NCBI GenBank assembly: GCA_963662335.2
Contig: CAXXVD010000005.1
Location: 96,001-160,000, forward strand
Length of the DNA: 64,000 bases
Direction: 5' to 3'
Source of the DNA: Chloroflexota bacterium
GTDB taxonomy: Bacteria; Chloroflexota; UBA11872; VXOZ01
Shown: one piece after another, positions 1 to 9,929 of the stretch
Numbering within the stretch: position 1 is the stretch's first letter
Layout of the letters: every line of letters starts with the position of its first letter
Translations under genes and position numbers: made by a program
Notes under the pieces: generated by a model
What the model was told of the DNA's origin: nothing
Database searches by the model: none
Seen by the model: the letters and a program-made list of their open reading frames with translations, nothing else

Positions 1-173
1 AGACGCCTAGTGTCACTGTAAGCTGAACCGAACGGAGCGCGAGCTCGGTCCTGCGGGCAGCCCATCCGTTGCGTTCGCCTCGCCGGCCTGAGGCCGGCGT
101 GCTTGCGCAATAGGTTCCCAAAGACACGACTTACCCGCGCTGACCTTTGTACACACCACAAGGCGCATACACC

Positions 174-1958
174 ATGTCACAGAACGTCTCGCCCATCCTG
201 ATAGTCTGGGATAGCCAGACCGACGCGCGCTTTTCGGGCTATATTACCGAAATACTGCACGTCGAGGGCTACAACTGGTTCGCGGTGCACGACCTAGCGG
301 CCGCCCCTCTGACACGCGCGCGGCTTGCCCGGCATCCCATCGTCATATTGAGCCACGTCGCCGTGCCAGAAGAGGCGCAGAGCGTCATTCTCAATTACGT
401 CGATCAAGGCGGCGCGCTGATCGCGCTGCGTCCGCCTGAGCAACTCGCCTCCGCGCTGGGCCTTGCGCCCTTCCACCGCGACCTTGCGGACCGCTATCTC
501 GCCCTGAACCCGCTCTGCGCTCTGAACGACGGCGTGAACTTGCCGCCTTTGCAGTTCCACGGACGCGCCGAACTCTATCTCTGGCCCGGCGAACCGGCGC
601 ACGTCATGGCGTATTTCGCCGCGTCCCCCGACTTCATTACCAAGCATCCGGCAATTACCGTGGGCAAGCGCGGCTTGGGCGCGTGGGCCGTCTTTGCCTA
701 CGACCTTGCCGAGAGCACGGTGCTCCTGCACCAGGGGCGGCGCGAGCAGGCAAGCACGGGAACGTACCCGGATCACGACGGCGACCGCAGTTTCAAACCC
801 AACGACCTCTTCGTCAATCACCTCGACCCCGCGCTCTGCGCCCTGCCGCAGGCCGACTTGCAGCAAGACGTGCTGGTGCGGATTCTGGAGTGGATGACGT
901 CACTGACGCAGCCTTTGCCGCGCCTCTGGCACTTTCCTAAAGCCGCGCCGGCCGCGGCCTTCATCAACGGCGACGGCGATAGCATGGCGCTAGCCGACCT
1001 GGTGCAGACGATCGCCACCGCCGACCGGTTCCAGATTCCCTATACCGCGTACCTCAAGATGGACGACCATCCAAAGGTGTCGCCGAACTACGAACACGCG
1101 CTGCGACAGCAGGGACATGACTTCGGCCAGCACGCCTTTGCCGGGGCGCTGCCGACGCTGGACGAAATGCGCGGCCGGCTCCGCTACGAGATGGACGCCT
1201 TTCGCGCCCGCTACGGGCATGAGTCCGTCACGTACCGGGGTCACAGCGTCATCTGGGTCGGCTGGACCGAGATGGCGAAATACCTGCGGGAGAACCAGGT
1301 GCGGCTGGATACGAACTTTGCGCCGGGGCGTTACCACCACGCGGGTTATGTCAACGGCAGCGGCCTGCCCGTCAAGTTCATGGACGAGGACGGCCGGCTC
1401 ATCGACCTCTACGAGCAGACCACCATGTCCACCGACGACGGCTGGACCACCGACAAGGTCTTCGCTCATCCAATGAGCATGGCCGAGTGCACTGCGCTCT
1501 CCAAAGAGCAGGCCGACGACGCCATCGACCGCTACCACACCGTCTACCACCCATACTTCCATCCGCTCCGCACCCGCGCGGGTCCGACTTCCTCACAATC
1601 GTGGCTGGAAGGCGTCCTGCGACACTGCCGGGAACGCGGTTTTCACTTCGTCAGCGGCGTGGATTGGGTCAAATTCAACGATGGACGGCGCGCGCTGCAA
1701 CTGGCGGCGTATGAGTTTGAGCCGGTGTCCCTGACACTGCGGTTCACTCTGGAAGCGGCGCTCCCCGCGCACGCCCTCTCGCTTGTGCTGCCCTTTGCCT
1801 TTCGCGGCGCGCCCATGCAGAGCGCGGCAGTGAACGGAGAGCCGCTACCTATCCACGAACGCGGCCTGGAAGGACGCCCGCAGGTTCTCTTGCCCGCCGA
1901 TTATGCGGCCGGCAAACACCATGCGTGGGAAATCCGGTGGGGTACGGGCAATAGCTGA
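174..1958 (+). CDS. Hypothetical protein with probable NodB/polysaccharide-deacetylase-like domain
   Basis: Long ORF with ATG at 174. Contains FINGDGD, GHDFGQH, YRGHSVIW and YHPYFHP, resembling NodB-type metal hydrolases. Function is inferred. Confidence 0.5.
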   Translation: MSQNVSPILIVWDSQTDARFSGYITEILHVEGYNWFAVHDLAAAPLTRARLARHPIVILSHVAVPEEAQSVILNYVDQGGALIALRPPEQLASALGLAPFHRDLADRYLALNPLCALNDGVNLPPLQFHGRAELYLWPGEPAHVMAYFAASPDFITKHPAITVGKRGLGAWAVFAYDLAESTVLLHQGRREQASTGTYPDHDGDRSFKPNDLFVNHLDPALCALPQADLQQDVLVRILEWMTSLTQPLPRLWHFPKAAPAAAFINGDGDSMALADLVQTIATADRFQIPYTAYLKMDDHPKVSPNYEHALRQQGHDFGQHAFAGALPTLDEMRGRLRYEMDAFRARYGHESVTYRGHSVIWVGWTEMAKYLRENQVRLDTNFAPGRYHHAGYVNGSGLPVKFMDEDGRLIDLYEQTTMSTDDGWTTDKVFAHPMSMAECTALSKEQADDAIDRYHTVYHPYFHPLRTRAGPTSSQSWLEGVLRHCRERGFHFVSGVDWVKFNDGRRALQLAAYEFEPVSLTLRFTLEAALPAHALSLVLPFAFRGAPMQSAAVNGEPLPIHERGLEGRPQVLLPADYAAGKHHAWEIRWGTGNS

Positions 1959-1970
1959 GGGAAACGGCGG

Positions 1971-2043
1971 TGACCCGGCTGGGACTCGAACCCAGGACAC
2001 CCTGATTAAAAGTCAGGTGCTCTGCCAACTGAGCTACCGGGTC
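1971..2043 (-). tRNA. tRNA-Lys (anticodon UUU)
   Basis: Reverse complement GACCCGGTAGCTCAGTTGGCAGAGCACCTGACTTTTAATCAGGGTGTCCTGGGTTCGAGTCCCAGCCGGGTCA forms a cloverleaf with anticodon loop CTTTTAA and T-loop GTTCGAGTC. Followed by CCG, so CCA is not encoded. Confidence 0.96.
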
Positions 2044-2131
2044 GTACTCTCAGTCTAGCAAACCCCGGCGTGCGTTCTCAACGGCGCTCGGCGCGGCAAT
2101 CTAAAGTCTACCGCATCGTTGCAGCGGTTGT

Positions 2132-2209
2132 CTGTCATTCCGAGCACAGCGAAGAATCTAGGGGCTCCGCGCGTGAGATTCTTCGTCTCTGCGCTCCTCA
2201 GAATGACAG
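2132..2209. repeat. Palindromic REP-like element, family C (two arms)
   Basis: CTGTCATTCCGAGCACAGCGAAGAATCT ... AGATTCTTCG...CTCAGAATGACAG inverted arms. Related arms at 3671, 11993, 13594 and 26536. Confidence 0.85.
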
Positions 2210-2289
2210 TTTCAGATTCCATTCGACTGGCGGCGCGCGGCGCTTAAGCGGAGCCACGCCATCGCGCCTTTCACACCCTAAGCGAGGCT

Positions 2290-3546
2290 TTACGGCTGCC
2301 AGTACAGCAGGCCGGCGATTGCGCCCGTCATACAGGTGGCCATGGTGCCGGCCAGGATGGACTTCAGCCCCAAGTTCGCAATTTCCAGCCGCCGTTCCGG
2401 CACAATTGCGCCGATGCCGCCAATCATGATGCCCAGGCTGGCGAAGTTCGCGAAACCGCAAATGCTGTACGCCATGATCACCGCGCTGCGCTCGCTCAAG
2501 CTGCCCGGCGGCAGTTGCGACATCTGCACGTACGCCACCAGTTCGTTGAGGATGACCTTCGTGCCAAGCAGTTGGCCGGCGGTCGCCGCCTCCGCCCAGG
2601 GCACGCCCAGCGCCCAGACCGCCGGCGCGAGTATCCAGCCAAGGATGCGCTGCAAGGTGAGCGCTTCGCCCGCCGCCAGCGGCGCGAGGCCGAGGATGAT
2701 GTTCGCCAACTCCACCAACGCCACCAGCACGATCAACATACCGATGATGTAGGCAAACAGCCGCAGGCCGTCGAACGTGCCGCGGGTAAGCGCGTCGGCG
2801 CCGTTCTCGTAGAGGCGCTTGAACTCTATCTTGGTCTCTGCTACCTCTTCACCGGTCCGCGGCACGAGTATCAGCGCCAGCATGATGGCCGCGGGCGCGC
2901 TGATGATGGAGGCCGTCAACACGTGACCGGCCGGATCGGGAATGATGCCTTCCAACAGGGTCACGTAGAGCGCGAAGACCGTGCCGGCGATGGTGGCCAT
3001 GCCGCCGGTCATCACGATGAAGAGTTCCGAGCGGGTCATGCGCTCCAGATAGGGCCGCACGAGCAGCGGCGCTTCCACCATGCCGGCGAAGACGTTGGCG
3101 GCGGTGGCGAAGCTGGTCGCGCCGCCGATGTTTAACGTCTTGCTCAAGACCCAGGCAAAGCCCCGCACCACCCAGGGCAAAATCCGATAGTGGTACAAGA
3201 TCGCCGAGAGCGCCCCGATGACGACCACCAGCGGCAGCGAACGAAAGGCGAAGACGAACGACGCGCCCGGGAAGGTCTCCGCGAAAGGCGGCGGCCCGCC
3301 GCCCAGGAAACCGAAGACCAGCGACGTGCCGGCCTCGGTGGCGCGCACCAGCGCGTTAACGCCGTTGCCAATCCACACGAACACGATCTGGGAGTTGGGG
3401 ACTTTCAAGAGCAGCAACGCGAGACCGGATTGCACCGCCAATCCCACTATGGCCGTGCGCCAGGGAAAGACCCGGCGATTCTCGCTGATGGCCCACGCCA
3501 GCGCGATAAGACCAAGAATGCCGACTACTGCCTGCAACGCTGCCAT
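2290..3546 (-). CDS. nupC: NupC/CNT family nucleoside transporter
   Basis: Multi-TM protein with CNT motifs ANVFAGMVEAP, GGMATIAG, KVILNELVAY and CGFANFAS. Confidence 0.88.
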   Translation of the reverse strand: MAALQAVVGILGLIALAWAISENRRVFPWRTAIVGLAVQSGLALLLLKVPNSQIVFVWIGNGVNALVRATEAGTSLVFGFLGGGPPPFAETFPGASFVFAFRSLPLVVVIGALSAILYHYRILPWVVRGFAWVLSKTLNIGGATSFATAANVFAGMVEAPLLVRPYLERMTRSELFIVMTGGMATIAGTVFALYVTLLEGIIPDPAGHVLTASIISAPAAIMLALILVPRTGEEVAETKIEFKRLYENGADALTRGTFDGLRLFAYIIGMLIVLVALVELANIILGLAPLAAGEALTLQRILGWILAPAVWALGVPWAEAATAGQLLGTKVILNELVAYVQMSQLPPGSLSERSAVIMAYSICGFANFASLGIMIGGIGAIVPERRLEIANLGLKSILAGTMATCMTGAIAGLLYWQP

Positions 3547-3670
3547 GAACTTCACGTCCTTTCCGGTTGCCGCGCGTTTGCCGCCGTCTTCCGCATACAC
3601 GCGGTTCTGCGTCGTGTCCGCAGTTTAGCAAATTGGCGGTTCGGTCTCAACGGCCTCGCGGCGTGCGCCC

Positions 3671-3706
3671 TAGATTCTTCGTCGCCGCGCTCCTCAGAAT
3701 GACAGT
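3671..3706 (-). repeat. REP-like family C arm
   Basis: 3672-3706 matches 2176-2210 at 33/35 nt in direct orientation. Confidence 0.8.
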
Positions 3707-3856
3707 GGGAGATCCCTCGCGTCCGCGAGGGCTTACGCCGCCGCAAAGTGCACGGCGCAAATCCTGTCTGCGTGTTCCACCTATAGAGCGCCAGCCCGCT
3801 ATCCTGTAGAATTACAAGCGGAACGCCCATAGCGCCGGCCAACCGGCCGGGGCAGC

Positions 3857-4690
3857 ATGGCTACGAAAGGGATGCACGGTGTGAGAGCGCCGCCCGCCCG
3901 CGAAGTAGAATTGTTCGACCGCGACGCGGTCAACTTCGAGGCGTACTTGCAGAGTCCGCTCGGACGGCTGCGCACGGAGTTGATCTGGTCCGGCTTGGCG
4001 TCCCTGGCGCCGCAGGCGGGCGCGTCGCACCACGTGTTGGACGTAGGCGGCGGCACCGGCGCGTTTGCCCTCCGTCTCGCCGCTCTGGGGCACCGGGTGC
4101 TATTGCTTGATCCGGCCCAGGCCATGCTCAAGCTGGCGGCGGCAAAAGCGGAGCGCGACCTGCCCGCCGCGGCCCGCAAGCGCCTGCAAGCGCGCCAGGG
4201 CACGATCGCCGACCTCCGCGCGCGCTCATTGGCGGGCAAGTTTTCGCTCGTTCTCTGCCACAATATACTCGAATACGCCGTGGGGCCGGAGGATGTCCTC
4301 AGCCGTATGCGCCAGATGGTCGGCGACGACGGTCTGGTATCGGTCGTGGCCGCCAATCGCGACGCCGAGCCGCTGCGCACCGTGATCAATCAACAGGACC
4401 CGCGCGCCGCCGGCCGGCTGCTCGATAAGACCGTTCACCCTTCCACGCTCTTTGGCGGCTACCGCCGGGTGTTTGCGCTGCACGAACTCGTGGCTATGCT
4501 CGACGAGGCGGGATTCTCGTGCGCGGCCGTGCGCGGCGTGCGGGTGGCCTGCGACTATCTCTCCCAAGACTGCCTGGAGCAGCCGGAAGGCTGGGATGCC
4601 GCCTTTGACTTGGAGCAATCCCTGATTACGCGCACGCCCCACAAATATCTCGCGCGCTACCTGCATCTCATTGCGCGGCCGCGCGCTTGA
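3857..4690 (+). CDS. Class I SAM-dependent methyltransferase (SmtA/CmoM-like)
   Basis: Motif I VLDVGGGTG, LCHNILEY, N-terminal PLGRLR and C-terminal YLHLIAR, as in SmtA-like proteins. Confidence 0.75.
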   Translation: MATKGMHGVRAPPAREVELFDRDAVNFEAYLQSPLGRLRTELIWSGLASLAPQAGASHHVLDVGGGTGAFALRLAALGHRVLLLDPAQAMLKLAAAKAERDLPAAARKRLQARQGTIADLRARSLAGKFSLVLCHNILEYAVGPEDVLSRMRQMVGDDGLVSVVAANRDAEPLRTVINQQDPRAAGRLLDKTVHPSTLFGGYRRVFALHELVAMLDEAGFSCAAVRGVRVACDYLSQDCLEQPEGWDAAFDLEQSLITRTPHKYLARYLHLIARPRA

Positions 4691-4710
4691 ACCCCTTATC
4701 GCTATACCCA

Positions 4711-5736
4711 ATGACGAGTTCTCCGAAGATGGCCCCCAAGAGAGTGCTCCGACCGCTTCTCATCCTCATGTGCCTCGCGCTTGCCGCAACTTCCGCGCCG
4801 CCCCGCGCCCACGCTGACGCGCCGGTAACGCCCGATTGGGTGATCTCGTGGGGACACTTCTACACGCAGACGGCCGGCAGCGGCCGGGCGGACGGGCTAG
4901 GGTACGCCGTAGTCGATGACGACGAAGCGCGCTTCTGGACATCGTTTCAGCGGCTTGGCGGCCTTTCGGCGCTCGGCTATCCGATTTCGCAACGATTCCA
5001 CTACCACGGCTTGGTTGCCCAGGGATTCCAGAAGGGCATTCTGCTGTGGGATGCGCGCACGCAAAGCGTCTCGCTGATGAATCTCTTCGACGAACTTTCC
5101 GCGGCCGGGGCGGATCCGTTCTTGCAGATCCACCGGCTCATTCCGCCGCCTGAGCCGTGGTCGCAAGACGACGGACAACCGTGGACGGTCGTCGTCGCCA
5201 ACCACCTGGCGCTGCTGGAAGAAGACGCGGCAATCAAGGCCGCGTACTACGCAGTGCGGGAGCAGGGACACGATCCAATCACCCTGAGCGGCCTGCCGAT
5301 GAGCATCCGGGAATACGACGCCGTAATCGTGCTGCGCGCGCAGCGGCGCGCGTTCCAGCACTGGAAAGTCGATACGCCGTGGGCGCAGGCGGGAGAGGTG
5401 GTGGTGGTGAACGGGGGCGACCTGGCGAAAGAGTTCTACCTCATTCCCCGTTCCGCGCAAGCCCCGGCGGCGGCCCCGTCACCGCCGTTTGCCTTTGGCA
5501 ATCCGGAGTCGGGCGCGGCGCTCTACCAGGCGGCCGGTTGCGTGCTCTGCCACGGCGCGCAAGCGGCGGGCGGCATCGGCCCGGCGTTGGCGGATCTCCG
5601 GGGCGACTTTCCTACGTTCCTCGCCTCCGTGCGCGTGCCGGCCGACAATATGCCAGCGTATCTTGAAAGCCAGGTTTCGGACCAAGAGGTGCGCGACATC
5701 CTCGCATACATCCTCTCCCAGGCGACCACCCCCTAA
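4711..5736 (+). CDS. Secreted protein with C-terminal class I cytochrome c domain
   Basis: Signal peptide ending AHA-D, heme motif CVLCH followed by GIGPAL, distal Met in NMPAY. Start codon uncertain (4687-4729). Confidence 0.75.
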   Translation: MTSSPKMAPKRVLRPLLILMCLALAATSAPPRAHADAPVTPDWVISWGHFYTQTAGSGRADGLGYAVVDDDEARFWTSFQRLGGLSALGYPISQRFHYHGLVAQGFQKGILLWDARTQSVSLMNLFDELSAAGADPFLQIHRLIPPPEPWSQDDGQPWTVVVANHLALLEEDAAIKAAYYAVREQGHDPITLSGLPMSIREYDAVIVLRAQRRAFQHWKVDTPWAQAGEVVVVNGGDLAKEFYLIPRSAQAPAAAPSPPFAFGNPESGAALYQAAGCVLCHGAQAAGGIGPALADLRGDFPTFLASVRVPADNMPAYLESQVSDQEVRDILAYILSQATTP

Positions 5737-5817
5737 CAGCGCCAGTCGCAAAGCTCAGACCTCTAGCAGGACAAATATCCCTTCCTGGGAAGGGTTCCCC
5801 ATGGGTCTCCTAACGGC

Positions 5818-6639
5818 CTAGCTATCCTCTTGCGAGCGGCGGCGCGTCGCGACACCCGTTATCCGCGAAAGCAGGATGCCAACCTCGTAGAGCAGGTACA
5901 TGGGAATAGCCACCAACGCCTGGTTGAAGGGGTCCGGCGTCGGCGTAATCACGGCGGCAACGATCGCGCAGATGACGATCACAAAGGGCCGCCAGCGGGA
6001 GAGACGCCTGGTGTCCACGAGACCAATCGCGGAGAAGAAGTAGATGAATATAGGCGTTTGAAAGACTAGGCCGAGCGCGAGCATCATGCGGGTGATGAAG
6101 TTGATGTAGAACTTGACTGATATGAGACTACCCACCTGATTGGAGACGAATGCCTCCGCGCCAATGAGAAAGTTCAGCGCGAACCGCAGCACGATGTAGT
6201 AGCAAAAGGCCATTCCCACCAGAAACGCAAACGACGACGTAGGCACCAGCATATAGAGATAGCGCCGCTCGCGCCGCGTCAGGCCGGGCAACACGTAGGC
6301 GCCAATCTGGTAGACAAGCACGGGCATCGCGCCAGCGACGCCGACCAGGAGCGCTACCCGCATGTACGTGAATAGACCCTCGGTTGGGGAAAACTGGTAG
6401 AGTTGGATTTCCTCCGGCGCAGGCTGCCTGAGAAACGTCATAATGGGATCGATGAAGATGAAGCCAATTATGGTAAAGAAGAGCACCGAGAGCGCCGCAA
6501 TCAATAGCCGCCGCCGCAACTCGGAGAGGTGCTCTCCCAGCGTCATCTCGAAGTCGAGATCCGCTACGTCATCCGGATTCTGCCCATCCGGCAGCTCCTC
6601 TTGCGGTTTGTCTGAACTAACGCCTTCTTGCGTTGCCAT
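5818..6639 (-). CDS. tatC: Twin-arginine translocase subunit TatC
   Basis: EMTLGEHLSELRRRL, PGLTRRERR and AAVITPTPDPF motifs; six TM segments. Confidence 0.95.
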   Translation of the reverse strand: MATQEGVSSDKPQEELPDGQNPDDVADLDFEMTLGEHLSELRRRLLIAALSVLFFTIIGFIFIDPIMTFLRQPAPEEIQLYQFSPTEGLFTYMRVALLVGVAGAMPVLVYQIGAYVLPGLTRRERRYLYMLVPTSSFAFLVGMAFCYYIVLRFALNFLIGAEAFVSNQVGSLISVKFYINFITRMMLALGLVFQTPIFIYFFSAIGLVDTRRLSRWRPFVIVICAIVAAVITPTPDPFNQALVAIPMYLLYEVGILLSRITGVATRRRSQEDS

Positions 6640-6836
6640 GCCCGGTTGTGCTTCCCTTGTAAATCAGGTCCTATAGATTAAGCTACACTGCGCAGGCGGG
6701 GACTTCAAGTGCGCGGGAGCTTGCCGCGTCCGCCGTTTGCGCCAAGGTCTTGCCAAGAGCGGCAAAATGCAGTCGTTGCTTTGGGAAGAACCCAAAGCAA
6801 CGACTGCGCACTTCAAACACGCGACTCCGGTCGGCC

Positions 6837-8132
6837 TCAACTGGCCTTGGCCAGAACCTCGACGAGCCGCGGGCCGCGTTCCACTACCTTGCGGAAGGCC
6901 GCCGCGTTCTGCTCCAGCCAGTCGTCGCTGGGGTCAACCGGCGTGGAGAGCCAGAAGCAGGTGTCGTGGACGCGCTCGCTGACCGGCAGCGCGCCGCGCC
7001 GCAGGGGCCGGCGGGCATCGGCGGGCAAGTCGCCCCAGGGGCCGCCCAGGCCGTCGAACGAGAACTCGTTGAAGAGCGGCTCCAGGTGCATCACGCCGTA
7101 GCCAAAGGGCGTTATGGCCGGAGTCGTGCTTACCCCCTCAGCCACAAGAGCCTTCAGCACCGTGTTCACCGGCGCGCCGATTTCCGCCGGGTCGATGACG
7201 CCGGCGTAGAGCAACAGTCCGCCGCGCACCGCTGAGGGATAGGTCTTCTGCGGGTAGATGCCCGGTATCGGCTCCAGCAGAGCATCGAGCTTTTGGAACC
7301 ACGCCCGGCGCTTCTCGTTCAGTTCCGGCAGGCGCTCAAGCTGCGCGCGCGCCATGGCCATTGCCAGCGGGTTGGCGCGGTACTTGACGCCCAGGCCGAT
7401 GTTGTGCAGCGACGTGAAGCGCTCGGTCTGCCACATGCGCTCGGTGCGGCCGTAGTGCCCCAGGGCCAACATGCGGTCGTAGAGGTCCGGGCAGTCCGTA
7501 GTCGCCACGCCCGCCTCGATGCCGGTGACCGCCTTGCTGCCCTGCAGGCTGAAGCAGCCAATGTCGCCAATGGCGCCGACCTGCTGGCCGTTCCACGTGC
7601 CGCCGTGGGCGTGCGAAGCATCCTCGATCAGCGTGATGTCGGTGCCCGCCACGATTTCGCGGAAAGCGTCCATGTCCGCCGGGTTGCCGTAGACGTGGGT
7701 AACGATGATGGCGCAGGTGTTCGGCGTAATCTTGCGGCGCACGTCGGCCGGGTCGGCGCAGAACGTCTCCGGATCGACGTCGCAGAAGACCGGCGTAGCG
7801 TTGCAGTGCAGTATTGGCGTAATGCTGGCGTGCCAGGTCACGGAGGGCACGATGACTTCCTTGCCCAGCCCCGCGCCGGCGGCAAAGACCGCCGCGTGGA
7901 TGGTGGACGTGCCGTTGCAGTGGGCCAGGGCGTAGCGCGTGCCGACGAAGTCCCGGAATTGCGCCTCGAACTTCTCGATTTCGTCATAGGCGCTGCCGTA
8001 GTCGTCCAGCACCGCGTTCACGTACTGCTTTTCCAGCGGGCTGACGCGCTCCCACGTGTCGCCGCTCGACGCGGTCACGGCCCTGGGGCCGCCCTCGAGC
8101 GCCAGCGCTTCTCTGCTCAGTACCTTTGCCAT
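6837..8132 (-). CDS. DegT/DnrJ/EryC1/StrS family PLP aminotransferase
   Basis: CNGTS, IEDASHAHG, GCFSLQGSK (PLP lysine). AAGGAG RBS before the ATG at 8132. Confidence 0.9.
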   Translation of the reverse strand: MAKVLSREALALEGGPRAVTASSGDTWERVSPLEKQYVNAVLDDYGSAYDEIEKFEAQFRDFVGTRYALAHCNGTSTIHAAVFAAGAGLGKEVIVPSVTWHASITPILHCNATPVFCDVDPETFCADPADVRRKITPNTCAIIVTHVYGNPADMDAFREIVAGTDITLIEDASHAHGGTWNGQQVGAIGDIGCFSLQGSKAVTGIEAGVATTDCPDLYDRMLALGHYGRTERMWQTERFTSLHNIGLGVKYRANPLAMAMARAQLERLPELNEKRRAWFQKLDALLEPIPGIYPQKTYPSAVRGGLLLYAGVIDPAEIGAPVNTVLKALVAEGVSTTPAITPFGYGVMHLEPLFNEFSFDGLGGPWGDLPADARRPLRRGALPVSERVHDTCFWLSTPVDPSDDWLEQNAAAFRKVVERGPRLVEVLAKAS

Positions 8133-8304
8133 CGCATACTCCTTTGGGGACAAGAAGCTGTCTTCACAGATCCACCTGACGGTCCAGGCAGACGGTCTCA
8201 CCAAGTGTATCACGCTTCAACAGACAAAGACAGGAGGCAGCGGGAATGCTGCCTCCTGTCTCTTCCGGCAAATTCCAAGCGTGCCCGGTATCAGGCAAAC
8301 GCTC

Positions 8305-9681
8305 TTACATCTGCATCTTCCACTCATCCGGCCGCTGGCTGAAGAGCACGTTCATCTCTTCGGCGGAGGAGCGGAACGCCTCAGGCACGGTGACCTCACC
8401 GGAGATCGCCTTGCGCGTCCACTCAATGTCGATACCCCAGGCCTCGGTGCCTTCGGGCACGATCATGGCATCGTGTCCGCCGGAAATCCAAACGTCCACC
8501 ACGTCCGTTACGCGGGTGCCCTTGAAAGGCTCCAGCCATACCGGATGCGTGGCGTACTCGATGACGGGCGGCCACGCGATGGAACCGAAGTGCGGGGTCT
8601 CCAGCATGCTCTCGTCGGAGTGGAACCACATGAGGAAGTCCCATGCCAGGTCCTTGGCCTCGGAGAGACTCAGGATGGAGTAGGCATTGCCCAGCACGGT
8701 TACGCGCTGATCCAGACCCTTTGGCGGGGGCAGGAAGTCCAAGGCCTCGCCCAGGTGCGGGCGAATGCCGTTGTGGCGGTAGATGCCGTTGTTCTCCATC
8801 GCCGCGAACTGGTTCTCGATGTGATAGGTGCCCTTCGGGAACTCGACGCCGATTTCACTGGCGCCCGGCGCGATCACCTTATGCTTGAGCGCCAGGTCGA
8901 TGTTGAACTGGGCGCCTTCCAGAGACAGCGGATCCGTGCCGTAGACCGCCTTGTCCTTGGTCTCGTTGAGAATCTGGCCGCCAAAGTTATACATCCACGT
9001 GCCCATCATATAGAACACGTAGTTCTGGTAGATGACCAGCGCCCATCTGTTCTCATCCGCATTCGTAAGCTTGCGGGACATGTCCAGCAGGTCGTCGTAG
9101 CTCCAGTCCGGCGGCGGCATGTCCACACCGGCCTGGGTGAGCAGGTCCTTGTTGACGTGGAAGACCTCGCCACCTGACTGGAAGGGCACGCCATAGAGGC
9201 TCGGGCCCCAACTCCAGTTCACCAGCTCGCCGGCAAAGTAGTCCTCTTTGCTGCGCGGGCCTTTGGCGAAATAGGGGGTAAGTTCCTCGATGACGCCGGT
9301 GAGACCCCACTTGAGCGCCCAGTTCACCTGGTTGTAAGTGATGTCCACGCCGGCTTCACCGGCCGCAAACTCGGTGTTGCGCTTGGCAAAGACACCGCCG
9401 TCGAACGTGCGGTCGGGCGTCGCCTCGATCGTGATGTCGAGAGCCTCCTCACCAACCCTGAAGGTCTCCGAAAGCGCCTTCCAGCGCGGATCCTCTTCCG
9501 CGTGGTAGTTGGAGATCTTCAGCACCGGCTTCTCAGCCATTTCGGTCTTTTCCTCAGCCTTGGGCGCCTCGGTCGTATCCGCCGGCGCGCCCGTCGTCGC
9601 CGCCGTGCCGCACGCGGCCAGCAACGCTGCGCCGCCTACTGCGGCGCCAGCGCCGAGCAGCGATCGTCTCGAAAACGTCAT
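8305..9681 (-). CDS. Sugar-type ABC extracellular solute-binding lipoprotein, Tat-exported
   Basis: SRRSLL twin-arginine motif and LAAC lipobox. SBP family 1 motifs LYGVPF, VNKDLL, WSYDDL and AWDFLMW. GGAG RBS. Confidence 0.85.
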   Translation of the reverse strand: MTFSRRSLLGAGAAVGGAALLAACGTAATTGAPADTTEAPKAEEKTEMAEKPVLKISNYHAEEDPRWKALSETFRVGEEALDITIEATPDRTFDGGVFAKRNTEFAAGEAGVDITYNQVNWALKWGLTGVIEELTPYFAKGPRSKEDYFAGELVNWSWGPSLYGVPFQSGGEVFHVNKDLLTQAGVDMPPPDWSYDDLLDMSRKLTNADENRWALVIYQNYVFYMMGTWMYNFGGQILNETKDKAVYGTDPLSLEGAQFNIDLALKHKVIAPGASEIGVEFPKGTYHIENQFAAMENNGIYRHNGIRPHLGEALDFLPPPKGLDQRVTVLGNAYSILSLSEAKDLAWDFLMWFHSDESMLETPHFGSIAWPPVIEYATHPVWLEPFKGTRVTDVVDVWISGGHDAMIVPEGTEAWGIDIEWTRKAISGEVTVPEAFRSSAEEMNVLFSQRPDEWKMQM

Positions 9682-9929
9682 GGGGGACTCCTCCTTCTTG
9701 GCTCTACCCCAAATAGAACCTGCGTATGCATGACCACGCTCAACGTGCGATCACCTGCCCAGCCACGCTACAGGTTCTTGCCATACCCAAACTAAACCAA
9801 CGCACTATTCGGCTAGGCTTACCAAAATTATAAACGTTTCGTCAAGGCGGGTCAAGAAATCGCCGCGCGCTAACGATTGCCAGGGCAACTCACCGGCGGG
9901 CTGTGGGGCCGCCTCTCCCGCCAGCCGGA

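Noticed and set aside
24-110. Hairpin-rich leader (GCCGGCCTGAGGCCGGC) as a riboswitch or ncRNA
   Set aside because: No recognisable aptamer consensus, and the context is cut by the window edge.
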